Virus record (IMG/VR): IMGVR_UViG_3300011717_000032
Span: 1 to 64,000 of that record
Strand: one strand, 5' to 3'
Length of the DNA: 64,000 nt
DNA from: a virus
Lineage: Duplodnaviria > Caudoviricetes
A program made the translations under genes and the position numbers. The stretch's first letter is position 1. Each line of letters opens with the position of its first letter. Below, piece by piece: positions 17,323-27,300 of the stretch. The notes beneath the pieces were generated by a model. It saw only the letters and a program-made list of their open reading frames with translations. It was not told where the DNA came from and searched no databases.

Positions 17323-18626
17323 TGAAGAAAAATAAGCAGCCGGGCAAGGTAAAAAGCGCCTTGCTCAACTGGCTGGGCGTGCCCATCAGCCTGACTACCG
17401 GAACGTTCTGGCAGGAGTGGTATGGCACGAGCAGCAGCGGCAAGGTGGTGACTGCAGATCGGGCGATCCAGCTTTCTGCGGTCTGGGCCTGCGTCCGGCT
17501 TCTGAGCGAGTCGGTATCCACACTGCCGGTTAAGATTTACACCCGGCAGGCTGATGGCTCGCGCAAGCTGGCGCAGAATCATCCGGTTTACCAGGTACTT
17601 TGTCGCCGTCCCAATCTGGAAATGACGCCGTCGCGCTTTATGCTGATGGTGGTGGCCAGCATCTGCCTGCGCGGTAATGCCTTTGTCGAGAAGCTGTTTA
17701 TCGGCAATAAGCTGGTATCGCTGGTGCCACTGCTGCCCCAGAACATGGTAGTAAAGCGGCTGGACACCGGTCGTCTTGAGTACACCTACACCGAAGACGG
17801 CAGGAAACGCGTTATCCTGGAGAAGAACCTGATGCACATCCGGGGCTTTGGCCTCGATGGTGTGTGCGGCATGATGCCAATGATGACGGGCCGGGACGTG
17901 ATCGGCGCGGCGATGGCCGTCGAAGAGTCAGCCGCCAAGATCTTCGAAAATGGCCTGCAAAGCTCGGGGTTTCTTTCAGCTGACGCGGCGCTTGATAAGG
18001 ATCAAAGAGAGCGACTTCGGGGATATATGCAGGCCTTCACCGGCTCTAAAAACGCCGGGAAAATTATGGTTCTTGAGGGCGGGCTGAAATACCAGAATGT
18101 CACCATGAACCCCGAGGCGGCGCAGATGCTTGAGTCGCGCTCCTTCAGTATTGAGGAGATCTGCCGCTGGTTCCGCGTACCGCCGTTTATGGTGGGCCAC
18201 ACCTCGAAACAGAGCAGTTGGGCATCGAGCCTCGAGGGGATGAATCTCCAGTTCCTGACCCATACGCTGCGTCCGCTGCTGGTGAACATTGAGCAGGAGA
18301 TCTCCCGCTGCCTGCTGAACGGTGAAGAGGACCTCTTCGCCGAGTTCTCAGTTGAGGGCCTGCTGCGCGCCGACAGCGCTGGCCGTGCGGCGTACTACAC
18401 CAGTGCGCTGCAGAATGGCTGGATGTCCCGCAACGATGTGCGCCGCCTGGAGAATATGCCTCCTATCGAAGGCGGCGATATTTACACGGTGCAGCTCAAC
18501 CTGACGCCGCTTGAAGATCTTAAACAGAACAGCCAGGCCGCGCAGGCATTCGCGCTGCGGCAGGTTCATAACCACGTATTCCCTGATATTCCCTTCGAAC
18601 AGTCACCGCTGAAAAAAGCGGCTTAG
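17322..18626 (+). CDS. Portal protein (HK97 family)
   Basis: AVWACVRLLSE, MSRNDVRRLENMPP; position after terL. Confidence 0.95.
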   Translation: MKKNKQPGKVKSALLNWLGVPISLTTGTFWQEWYGTSSSGKVVTADRAIQLSAVWACVRLLSESVSTLPVKIYTRQADGSRKLAQNHPVYQVLCRRPNLEMTPSRFMLMVVASICLRGNAFVEKLFIGNKLVSLVPLLPQNMVVKRLDTGRLEYTYTEDGRKRVILEKNLMHIRGFGLDGVCGMMPMMTGRDVIGAAMAVEESAAKIFENGLQSSGFLSADAALDKDQRERLRGYMQAFTGSKNAGKIMVLEGGLKYQNVTMNPEAAQMLESRSFSIEEICRWFRVPPFMVGHTSKQSSWASSLEGMNLQFLTHTLRPLLVNIEQEISRCLLNGEEDLFAEFSVEGLLRADSAGRAAYYTSALQNGWMSRNDVRRLENMPPIEGGDIYTVQLNLTPLEDLKQNSQAAQAFALRQVHNHVFPDIPFEQSPLKKAA

Positions 18627-18634
18627 GAGCATCC

Positions 18635-19480
18635 ATGACGATTAAAAGCCTTCCGGCTGCGCCGGAGGGGCGACCTTTTGCGCGCGAAAAACCTGATCTG
18701 CCGGCTGCGGCAATGGAGCGCTGGAACGGCGGCATCCGCGCCGCCCGGGACGGTGACAACAGCATTTCCATCTTCGACGTGATTGGTGCTGATTACTGGG
18801 GAGAGGGTGTGACGGCCAGCCGCATTGCGGGTGCGCTGCGCTCGCTCGGCGGTGCTGACGTGACGGTTAACATCAACAGCCCGGGCGGCGACATGTTCGA
18901 AGGCCTGGCGATCTACAACCTGCTGCGTGAGTACGACGGCAAAGTCACTGTGAAGGTTTTGGGTCTGGCGGCGTCCGCCGCGTCGGTTATCGCGATGGCC
19001 GGTGATGATGTACAGATCGGACGCGGCGCCTTCCTGATGATCCACAACTGCTGGGTCTATGCGATGGGTAACCGTCACGACCTGGCGCAGATCGCCGCTG
19101 ACATGGAGCCGTTTGATAAAGCGATGAGCGATATCTACCAGGCACGCAGCGGTCTTGATGCCGCCACCGTCGAAAAGATGATGGACGGCGAAACCTATAT
19201 TGGCGGCAGTGACGCGGTGGCGAAAGGCTTTGCTGACAGCCTCCTCTCCGCTGATGAAATTGCTGACGACGACGACAGCCCGGCGGCGGCGCTGCGCAAG
19301 CTTGATGCGCTGCTGGCCAAAACCGATACGCCGCGCTCTGAGCGTCGAAAACTTCTTAAAGCCTTATCCGGCAGCAAGCCAGGCGCTGCTGCCATCCCTG
19401 AAGGTACGCCGGGCGCTACCGAAGAAATCAACCCTGACAATCTCAAACAACTTGAAGACGCGCTGGCCGCGTTCGGCTAA
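18635..19480 (+). CDS. ClpP-like prohead protease
   Basis: INSPGGDMFEG, AASAASVIAMAG, MIHN. Confidence 0.92.
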   Translation: MTIKSLPAAPEGRPFAREKPDLPAAAMERWNGGIRAARDGDNSISIFDVIGADYWGEGVTASRIAGALRSLGGADVTVNINSPGGDMFEGLAIYNLLREYDGKVTVKVLGLAASAASVIAMAGDDVQIGRGAFLMIHNCWVYAMGNRHDLAQIAADMEPFDKAMSDIYQARSGLDAATVEKMMDGETYIGGSDAVAKGFADSLLSADEIADDDDSPAAALRKLDALLAKTDTPRSERRKLLKALSGSKPGAAAIPEGTPGATEEINPDNLKQLEDALAAFG

Positions 19481-19492
19481 TAAGGAAAGACC

Positions 19493-20713
19493 ATGTCTGA
19501 AGTTAACGAATTACTGAAAAAAGTCTCCGCGAAGCTGGAAGAAGTTTCCGGCACTTTCAGCCAGAAGGCCGAGGACGCGCTGAAGGAGGCTAAAAGCTCA
19601 GGTCAGCTGTCTGCGCAGACCAAAGAGGCGGTGGATAAAATTGCCACTGAACACAATGCGCTGAACGATGCGCTTAAGTCGCTAAAATCTTCAGTAGGTG
19701 AAATTGAGCAGCAGGTAGCTCAGATGCCGCTGGCCAGCGCTACAAAAATTATCGAGACCGTCGGCCAGACCGTTATCAGCAGCGAAGCGCTAAAAGCTTT
19801 CGCGGCAAGCGTTGAAGGCGGCAAGCGCGTCAGCGTTCCGGTTAATGCTGCGCTGATCTCCACTGACGTGGCAACCGGCGTGGTCGAGCCGCAGCGCCTG
19901 CCGGGTATTGATACCGCGCCGAAGCAGCGCCTCTTCATCCGGGATCTGATTGCTCCGGGTCGCACCTCGGCACCGGCCATCTTCTGGGTGCAGCAGACCG
20001 GATTCACCAATGCGGCGAAAGTCGTGCCGGAAGGCACCGCCAAGCCGTACAGCGATATCCAGTTCGCCACGCAGATCACCCCGGTGACCACCATCGCGCA
20101 CATGTTCAAGGCGTCCAAGCAGATCCTGGATGACTTCGCGCAACTGCAGTCCACTATCGACGCCGAGATGCGTTACGGCCTGAAATATGTCGAAGAGCAG
20201 GAAATTCTCTTCGGCGATGGTACCGGCGCGCACCTGAAAGGCATCGTCCCGCAGGCGTCTGCTTATGACGCTGCCTTTACTGTTGAGCAGCAGAACGGCA
20301 TCGACGATCTGCGCCTCGCAATGCTGCAGGCGCAGCTGGCGCGCTTCCCGGCTTCCGGCCACGTCCTGCACTTCATCGACTGGGCGAAGATTGAACTCAC
20401 CAAAGACACGCTGGGCCGCTATATCCTGGCGAACCCGGCGGCCCTGACCGGTCCGACCCTGTGGGGGCTGCCGGTGGTTGCGACCGAAGCTGCAGCCTTC
20501 CAGGGTAAATTCCTGACTGGTGCATTTAACGCCGCGGCGCAGCTGTTCGACCGTGAAGATGCCAACGTGGTGATCTCCACTGAGAACGCCGACGACTTCG
20601 AGAAAAACATGATCTCGATTCGCTGCGAAGAGCGCCTGGCGCTGGCGGTGAAACGCCCGGAAGCATTCATCTACGGAGCCTTCACTGCGCCTGCTGCAGG
20701 TGGCGGTGCGTAA
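19493..20713 (+). CDS. Major capsid protein (HK97 fold, with delta domain)
   Basis: Coiled-coil N-terminus, IRCEERLALAVKRPEAF C-terminus. Confidence 0.95.
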   Translation: MSEVNELLKKVSAKLEEVSGTFSQKAEDALKEAKSSGQLSAQTKEAVDKIATEHNALNDALKSLKSSVGEIEQQVAQMPLASATKIIETVGQTVISSEALKAFAASVEGGKRVSVPVNAALISTDVATGVVEPQRLPGIDTAPKQRLFIRDLIAPGRTSAPAIFWVQQTGFTNAAKVVPEGTAKPYSDIQFATQITPVTTIAHMFKASKQILDDFAQLQSTIDAEMRYGLKYVEEQEILFGDGTGAHLKGIVPQASAYDAAFTVEQQNGIDDLRLAMLQAQLARFPASGHVLHFIDWAKIELTKDTLGRYILANPAALTGPTLWGLPVVATEAAAFQGKFLTGAFNAAAQLFDREDANVVISTENADDFEKNMISIRCEERLALAVKRPEAFIYGAFTAPAAGGGA

Positions 20714-20766
20714 TCCTTAACGGCGGCCTGCGGGCCGCTTTTCTTTTTTCCTTTAAGGAGACAGCC

Positions 20767-20952
20767 ATGAAGCTGATCGCTATCAAGCCTATCTACTTTG
20801 AAGGCAGTGTGCTTACTGAAGGCACCGAGTTTGAGACGCTCGAGCAACACGGCCGCGACCTTCTGGCCAGCGGTTACGCTCAGGAGCCTGGCGAGAAAAA
20901 GCCGAATCCTGATAAAGACCAAAAGCCGAAAGGGAATGGCAAGGCCAAATAA
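20767..20952 (+). CDS. Small head-associated protein
   Basis: Homolog at 62656-62826 (MKLIAIKPIYF / MKLIALKPIYF). Confidence 0.7.
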   Translation: MKLIAIKPIYFEGSVLTEGTEFETLEQHGRDLLASGYAQEPGEKKPNPDKDQKPKGNGKAK

Positions 20953-20961
20953 GGAGTGAGC

Positions 20962-21288
20962 ATGCTGACTAAAGAGCAGGTGAAGCATCACTGCAATATC
21001 GAACAGGATTTCACGGAAGACGACGCCTGGATCGATACGGGCATAAAAGCCGCGGAGCGCTATGTTGAAAAATGGACCCGCCGTCGGCTTTATGAAAAGG
21101 CTGATGATCCGCTTTATATGGCCGATCCAGACGCGCTGCTTTATGGCGAGGATGTCGAAATGGCTATGTTGATGCTGATTGCCCACTGGTACACCAACCG
21201 TGAAACGGTCAGCACCGGCAGTACGACATCTGCGCTGGCTTTCTCTACTGAAGCACTCCTTCAACCCTACCGGATTTATGGCCTATGA
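20962..21288 (+). CDS. Head-tail connector (HK97 gp6-like)
   Basis: VKHHCNI...AHWYTNRE...LLQPYR. Confidence 0.9.
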   Translation: MLTKEQVKHHCNIEQDFTEDDAWIDTGIKAAERYVEKWTRRRLYEKADDPLYMADPDALLYGEDVEMAMLMLIAHWYTNRETVSTGSTTSALAFSTEALLQPYRIYGL

Positions 21289-21626
21289 AAGCGGGACGTC
21301 TGCGGCACAGGGTAACCCTTCAGAAACCGGCAACCGGGCGATTACCGTCCGGACAGCCTGCAACCGGCTGGGTGGATGTTGCTTCGGTTCGGGCAGAAGT
21401 CGCGGATGTATCGGGCCGGGAGATGATGGACGGCGGCGCAGAGTTGAGCAGCACCACAACCCGGATCTGGATGCGTCGTTATCCCGGCATTCCCGTAACC
21501 ACGGGATGGCGAGCCGTTCATCTTCCGCCTACCGGAGGCGGTGAGATATATGACATCAAGTCGGCTATCTCAGCAGAGAACGGCACCAGGCTCGAATTGC
21601 TTTGCGAGAAGGGGGTGAAACAGTGA
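21285..21626 (+). CDS. Head closure / head-tail adaptor
   Basis: AGRLRHRVTLQ motif, synteny. Confidence 0.88.
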   Translation: MKAGRLRHRVTLQKPATGRLPSGQPATGWVDVASVRAEVADVSGREMMDGGAELSSTTTRIWMRRYPGIPVTTGWRAVHLPPTGGGEIYDIKSAISAENGTRLELLCEKGVKQ

Positions 21627-22072
21627 TTTCAACGAGTCTTGATTTTTCCGGTCTGGCCGATATCGCGAAGGATCTGGAGACGCTCAGCAGGGCTGAAAAT
21701 AATAAGGTTTTGCGTGATGCCACGCGTGCTGGTGCAGAAGTTCTGCGACAGGAGGTAGAAGATCGTGCGCCCGTCCTTACCGGGAAACTGAAAAAAAACG
21801 TGGTGGTGGTGACCCAGAAGGGTCGCCGTCGCGGCGAAATCGCTTCCGGCGTGCATATCCGGGGCGTTAATCCGGTCACCGGCAACAGCGACAACAAAAT
21901 GAAGGCCAGCAATCCGCGCAACGCTTTTTACTGGCGCTTCGTTGAACTCGGTACATCGAATATGCCTGCGCATCCCTTCGTCCGTCCGGCATTCGATACC
22001 CGGCAGGAAGAGGCTACACAGGCAGCACTGGCCCGCATGAATCAGGCCATTGATGAGGTGCTGGCGAAATGA
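21623..22072 (+). CDS. HK97 gp10-family tail component
   Basis: YWRFVELGTSNMPAHPFVRPAFD. Confidence 0.9.
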   Translation: MISTSLDFSGLADIAKDLETLSRAENNKVLRDATRAGAEVLRQEVEDRAPVLTGKLKKNVVVVTQKGRRRGEIASGVHIRGVNPVTGNSDNKMKASNPRNAFYWRFVELGTSNMPAHPFVRPAFDTRQEEATQAALARMNQAIDEVLAK

Positions 22073-22398
22073 CAGAGGCTGACATCTATCAGCGGCTCAG
22101 TGCGCTGGCAGAGGGTAACGTTTTTCCTTACGTGGCGCCGCTGGGTACCGTTGCACCGTGGGTGATTTATCTGCTCCCGGGTTCAGTCAGCGAGGATGTT
22201 TTCTGCGGACCGGCAGAAACAGCAAGCACCGTTCAGGTTGATGCCTGGGCCTCGTCGATTGATGACGCCCGGGCGCTTCGTAATCAGGTTAAAGCTGCTC
22301 TGGCCGATCTGCATCCTGTCGGACTGAACGAGATCAACGGCTACGAGCCGGACACAGGACTTTACCGGGCCACGCTTGAAGTTCAGATCTGGCAATAA
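22069..22398 (+). CDS. Tail terminator (DUF3168-like)
   Basis: VQVDAWA motif, synteny. Confidence 0.82.
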   Translation: MTEADIYQRLSALAEGNVFPYVAPLGTVAPWVIYLLPGSVSEDVFCGPAETASTVQVDAWASSIDDARALRNQVKAALADLHPVGLNEINGYEPDTGLYRATLEVQIWQ

Positions 22399-22458
22399 AG
22401 CCACCCTTCATATTAACTCTGCCGCCTCGGGGCGGCTTTTTTATATCCGGAGATCACT

Positions 22459-23163
22459 ATGTCCTCGAATTATGAAAAATCGCAGCTGACGAAAATCCTT
22501 ATTTCGTCACTGCCAACGACCAGAGACGCAATGGAAACTGCCGTCTATCTCGATCTGAGCTGCACTCTCAAAGAGGCGCAGTTCACAGGCGGGCAAAAAC
22601 AGGATATTGACGTCACCACGCTATGCTCCACTGAGCAGGAGAACGTCAATGGCCTCCCGGCCCCTTCGGAGATATCACTGTCAGGTAACTTTTACCGTAA
22701 TGCTGCGCAGGATGCGTTGCGTGATGCGTATGACAACGACACGGTTTATGGCTTCCAGATCATCTTCCCGTCTGGCAATGGCTTTAAGTTCCTTGCCGAA
22801 GTCCGTCAGCACACCTGGTCTTCCGGTACTAACGGCGTAGTGGCGGCAACGTTCTCCCTGCGTCTGAAAGGGAAGCCGGTACCGATTGACCCGGCACTTA
22901 AACTGACCACTGATTTGCCCGCCGCACAATCTGTAGCGGTTGGGGCGGCGATCAGTATGGCGGTCGCCGCCGCTGGCGGTAAACTTCCCTACAGCTTTGC
23001 CTGGAAGAAAGGTGGTGTCACCATCAGTGGGCAAACATCTGATACATTCAATAAATCCAGCGCTGTTTCGGGTGATGCGGGAGATTACACCTGCGTGGTC
23101 ACTGATTCTTCTGCCCCGATTAAGACAATTACATCATCAACTTGTACCCTTACCGTCAATTAA
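22459..23163 (+). CDS. Major tail tube protein with C-terminal Ig-like domain
   Basis: IDVTTLCS motif; DAGDYTCVVTD Ig motif. Confidence 0.9.
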   Translation: MSSNYEKSQLTKILISSLPTTRDAMETAVYLDLSCTLKEAQFTGGQKQDIDVTTLCSTEQENVNGLPAPSEISLSGNFYRNAAQDALRDAYDNDTVYGFQIIFPSGNGFKFLAEVRQHTWSSGTNGVVAATFSLRLKGKPVPIDPALKLTTDLPAAQSVAVGAAISMAVAAAGGKLPYSFAWKKGGVTISGQTSDTFNKSSAVSGDAGDYTCVVTDSSAPIKTITSSTCTLTVN

Positions 23164-23197
23164 TGGAGATGCCGGGTTGGCCCGGCATGCATAGCAG

Positions 23198-23584
23198 ATG
23201 TCGCAAAATCTGAAAAAATTAGCCATGGCGAAGATGTCAGGCTTTCGTCATAAGACGGTGGGGGTTCCTGAGTGGGAAGGCGTCGAAGTTGTTCTTCGTG
23301 AGCCGTCTGGCGAAGCCTGGCTGCGCTGGCAGGAAGTAGTGAAAGTCGGTGCTGACGATGAAAATGTGTCGGTATCTGAAAAGGCCCACCGTAATCTTTG
23401 CGCTGACGTGGTTCTCTTCATTGACGTCCTGTGCGACACCGATAAGCAACCGGTATTCAGCGTCGATGAAGAAGGGCAGGTGCGTGAAATTTACGGACCC
23501 GTGCATTCACGCCTGCTGAAACAGGCGCTGGACCTTATTAATAACGCGGAAGAAGCGCGGGAAAAGTCGCAACCCCCGGCGTAA
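23198..23584 (+). CDS. Tail assembly chaperone (G-like)
   Basis: Between tail tube and tape measure; ends R-E-K on a slippery site. Confidence 0.85.
   Translation: MSQNLKKLAMAKMSGFRHKTVGVPEWEGVEVVLREPSGEAWLRWQEVVKVGADDENVSVSEKAHRNLCADVVLFIDVLCDTDKQPVFSVDEEGQVREIYGPVHSRLLKQALDLINNAEEAREKSQPPA
23559..23566 (+). other. -1 programmed frameshift site GGGAAAAG (G to G-T fusion)
   Basis: The -1 frame from this site is open and continuous with ORF 23593-23871. Confidence 0.8.
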
Positions 23585-23592
23585 AGTTCCTG

Positions 23593-23871
23593 ATGTCGCT
23601 TGCGCTCCGCATGGGGCGCACGCTTTCAGAGCTTCGGCAGAACATGACGGCGAGCGAGCTTCTGATGTGGATTGAGTTCGACAGGCAAAGTCCCGTTGGC
23701 GATATTCGCGGTGACATTCAGGCCGCCCAGATAGTCTCTGCCGTTTATGGTTCTCAGGGGGTCAAAGTGCCGCTGGAAGATGCGATCCTGCGCTGGGATG
23801 ATGACAAGAAATCAGCACCTGAAGATCCCTTTGCTGGTCTTGAGGCTGCACTTACTGCCGCAACGCAGTGA
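23593..23871 (+). CDS. Tail assembly chaperone T portion
   Basis: In the -1 frame relative to G; likely made only as the fusion. Confidence 0.75.
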   Translation: MSLALRMGRTLSELRQNMTASELLMWIEFDRQSPVGDIRGDIQAAQIVSAVYGSQGVKVPLEDAILRWDDDKKSAPEDPFAGLEAALTAATQ

Positions 23872-23925
23872 CTTTTGACCCAGATAATATTAGGATTCTT
23901 AGACTTATAATACTGGGGAACCTAA

Positions 23926-24258
23926 ATGGAAGTTTTACTAGTTTCAATTGTTATAGGCTTAATTCCAGCCTTAATTGCTCAAAGCAAAGGGCGATCTTTC
24001 TTTGCATGGTGGGTGTATGGTGCTCTGCTGTTTATAATCGCTTTTGTGCATTCTCTGGTAATAAAGAAGGATGTTGCGGCAGAAGAAAAAGACTTAATTG
24101 AAAACGATGGCATGAAGAAGTGCCCATTCTGTGCAGAGTTAATCAAAAACGAAGCTATTAAATGTAAACACTGTGGTAGTGATTTAGCAGTCGATTCCCC
24201 ACCGGTTAAGACTGATGAAGAATACCTCGAAGAAGCCAGGCAAAAGGTCTGGAAATAA
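23926..24258 (+). CDS. Membrane protein with Zn ribbon (moron)
   Basis: Two TM segments + CPFC...CKHC; TATAAT at 23906-23911; terminator at ~24268-24289. Confidence 0.82.
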   Translation: MEVLLVSIVIGLIPALIAQSKGRSFFAWWVYGALLFIIAFVHSLVIKKDVAAEEKDLIENDGMKKCPFCAELIKNEAIKCKHCGSDLAVDSPPVKTDEEYLEEARQKVWK

Positions 24259-24308
24259 TAAAAAATAAAACCGCTTCGGCGGTTTTTTTACGTCTGGAGT
24301 TAGAATAA

Positions 24309-27300
24309 ATGGCAACTTTACGTGAGTTAATAATCAAAATTTCCGCTAACTCGCAATCATTCCAGACGGAAATTTCCCGCGCCTCGCGCATGGGGCAGGA
24401 CTATTACCGCACCATGCAAAATGGCGGTCGGCAGGCCGCAGCAGCATCGCGTGAAAGCGAAAGAGCATTATCCGATCTTACTGATGGTTTTGCATCGGCA
24501 GGAAGGGCTGCTGCCGCCGCTACGGCAGCTTTTGCGACTGGCAAACTTGTGCAGATTGCAGATGAGTGGAATTCTGTAAATTCGCGCCTTAAGCAGGCAT
24601 CTTCTTCTGCTGATGATTTTGCAGTCTCTCAGCGCCAGTTAATGGAAATCAGCCAGCGAACCGGAACGGCATTTTCCGATAACGCAAACCTTTTTTCACG
24701 CGCAGCAGCTTCCATGCGCGAATACGGGTATAGCTCTGATGAAGTCCTGAAAATTACCGAGGCTGTTTCAACCGGCCTCAAACTTTCAGGAGCAAATACC
24801 CAGGAAGCAAGTTCTGTTATCACACAATTCAGCCAGGCGCTTGCACAGGGAGTTCTTCGCGGCGAAGAATTCAACGCCGTTAACGAAGCAGGTGATCGTG
24901 TCATCCGTGCACTTGCCGCCGGAATGGGCGTGGCCCGCAAAGACCTGAAGAGCATGGCTGACCAGGGGCAACTTACGATCGATAAGGTTGTTCCTGCATT
25001 AATGAGCCAGTTGGGCTCATTGCAGGGTGAGTTTGCCAGCATGCCGCAAACAGTCTCCGGATCCCTGCAAAAAGTCACCAACTCGTTCATGGCATGGGTT
25101 GGAGGTGTCAACCAGGCTACTGGTGCTACCGATGCGCTCTCTGGTGGCCTCGACGGAGTTGCCCGGACGCTTGATTCATTTACCTCATCGGCAGTAAGTG
25201 GTGCATTGAGTGATGTTGCCGACAATATGTCTACGATAACAACAGTGGCGGGGGCGCTTGTTGGTGTCGGGCTAGCAAGATATCTGAGCGGCGTTGCAAC
25301 CAGCGCCACGAGTGCAACAGGTGCGCTAATTTCTGCGGCTAAGTCAGAGGTTGCTCTTGCAGTTGCACAGGATAAGGCTGCACAGTCTGCCGTTGCAGCC
25401 TCAAGGGCAGAAGTTTATAGGGCTCAGCAAGCTGTACAGAGATCGCGTGGCGCAGATGTTCAGGCTGCTCAGCAAGAGAAGATTGCTGCGGCAGAAGCAA
25501 AAGTCACTGCAGCCCAGGCCAGGCTGACGACCGCTTTAACCAGCGGTTCTGCCACAGAAAAAGTCAGAGCCAGAACAGCGCTTGAGCGTGCGCAGGCAGG
25601 GCTGGTGGCAGCTAAAAACGCCGATGCGCAGGCTATCGCTGAAATGCGCTTAGCTGCAGCAGAGGCCGCCAGAGATCGGAACCTTGCTAATCGTGTTTCC
25701 ACACAAAGCAATCTCAATAGCGTAACATCTGTTGGCACCCGCCTTATGAGCGGTGCGCTTGGGATTATTGGCGGCGTGCCGGGTTTGGTAATGCTTGGGG
25801 CTGGCGCCTGGTATGCAATGTATCAAAATCAGGAGCAGGCCAGGCGTTCCGCCCAGGAATATGCCAGTCAGATTGACGAAATTAGAGAAAAGACTTCCCG
25901 AATGTCTTTATCGGAAACAGACGACAACAGGGGAAGAACTGTAAGTGCGCTGGTTGAGCAAAATCGTCTGGTTGATGAGCAAGCTAAAAAGGTTGGTGAG
26001 CTAAAATATCAAATTGACGATTTGAATGCTTCTCGCGGCAAGCCCGGAATTACCAGCGAGAACGATGCAAACATTCTGAGAGCCATAGCTATTGTGACTG
26101 ATCAGCTCGCCGTTGAGGAAGGGAAATTAAATGATATGCGGGAGAAATCTCGCAATATTCAGCAAACCCTTGAGGGCATTGAAAGGCAGCGAAACGATCT
26201 AATCAAGGAACATGCCTGGCGTCAGAATGCATTGTACCAGTCGCAGTTGATGATGAATGGGCAACATGAAAAGTTTAATAACCTTCTCGGATTAGGCAAT
26301 AAGCTTCTCATGGCCCGTCAGGGGCTGGCTAACGTTCCACTCAGACTTCCTCAGGCCGATCTCGACAAAAAGCAAACCGATGCCCTTGAAAAGAGCCGCC
26401 GGGATCTGGAGTTGTCACGACTTAAAGGTGAGGCCAAAGAACGTTTACGGCTGAGTTATGCAGCTGACGATCTGGGATTAACCAGTGACCCTCAATTCCA
26501 GACAGGCCGTCAGGAGTTGATTAATAACGGCCTTGCGGAATGGCGAAATAATGAGGCCAATAAACCTAAGGCGAAAGGGGGAAAAACCGAAGGTGAGAAA
26601 ACAGAGGATGTGTATAAACGCCTCATCACCCAGCAGCAGGAGCAGATCGCGCTTTCCGGTCAAAACACCGAACTCGCCAAAACCAAATATCAGGTAACCC
26701 AGGGTGAACTGGGTATTCTTTCTGAAGCTCAGAAGACAGAACTTCTTCGAAATTCTGCGGCGCTTGATCATCTTAACGCTGTAGAGCGGCTTAAATCCCT
26801 GAATAAGGAACTGCTGGAGCCAGAGGAGGCGCTGCTAAATACCACTCGTGAACGCATTAAACTGCTGCGAGAGGCTGCACCTGCGACTGAAGAATACCGC
26901 AAGACAATGGAGCGGATATCAAAAGCATCGGTTCAGGAAGCTCCGAAGTTCGGTGGTATTGATTCATCTGTCGGCGGTGCCAGCGGCGAACTTATTCGTG
27001 TGGCTGATGCGCAAAAAGAACTGGAAAAATGGCATGAAACTCAGCTTGAGATGCAGAAAGAGTTGCTCGACCAGAAGGAGATTAATGAGCAAACCTACGC
27101 TGATCGTGTCGCTGAAATTAACAAGACTAATGCTTCGCAATTACAGGATATACAGGCTGGATACACATCTGCCAGCCTTTCCATGTTCTCAGACCTCGCT
27201 GGCCAGTCGGCGCAGCTGCTACAGGGAATCGGACAGGAGGGGAGCCTTGCCTATAAGACCCTTTTTATTGCCAGCAAGGCGGCGGCAATGGCGCAGGCCG

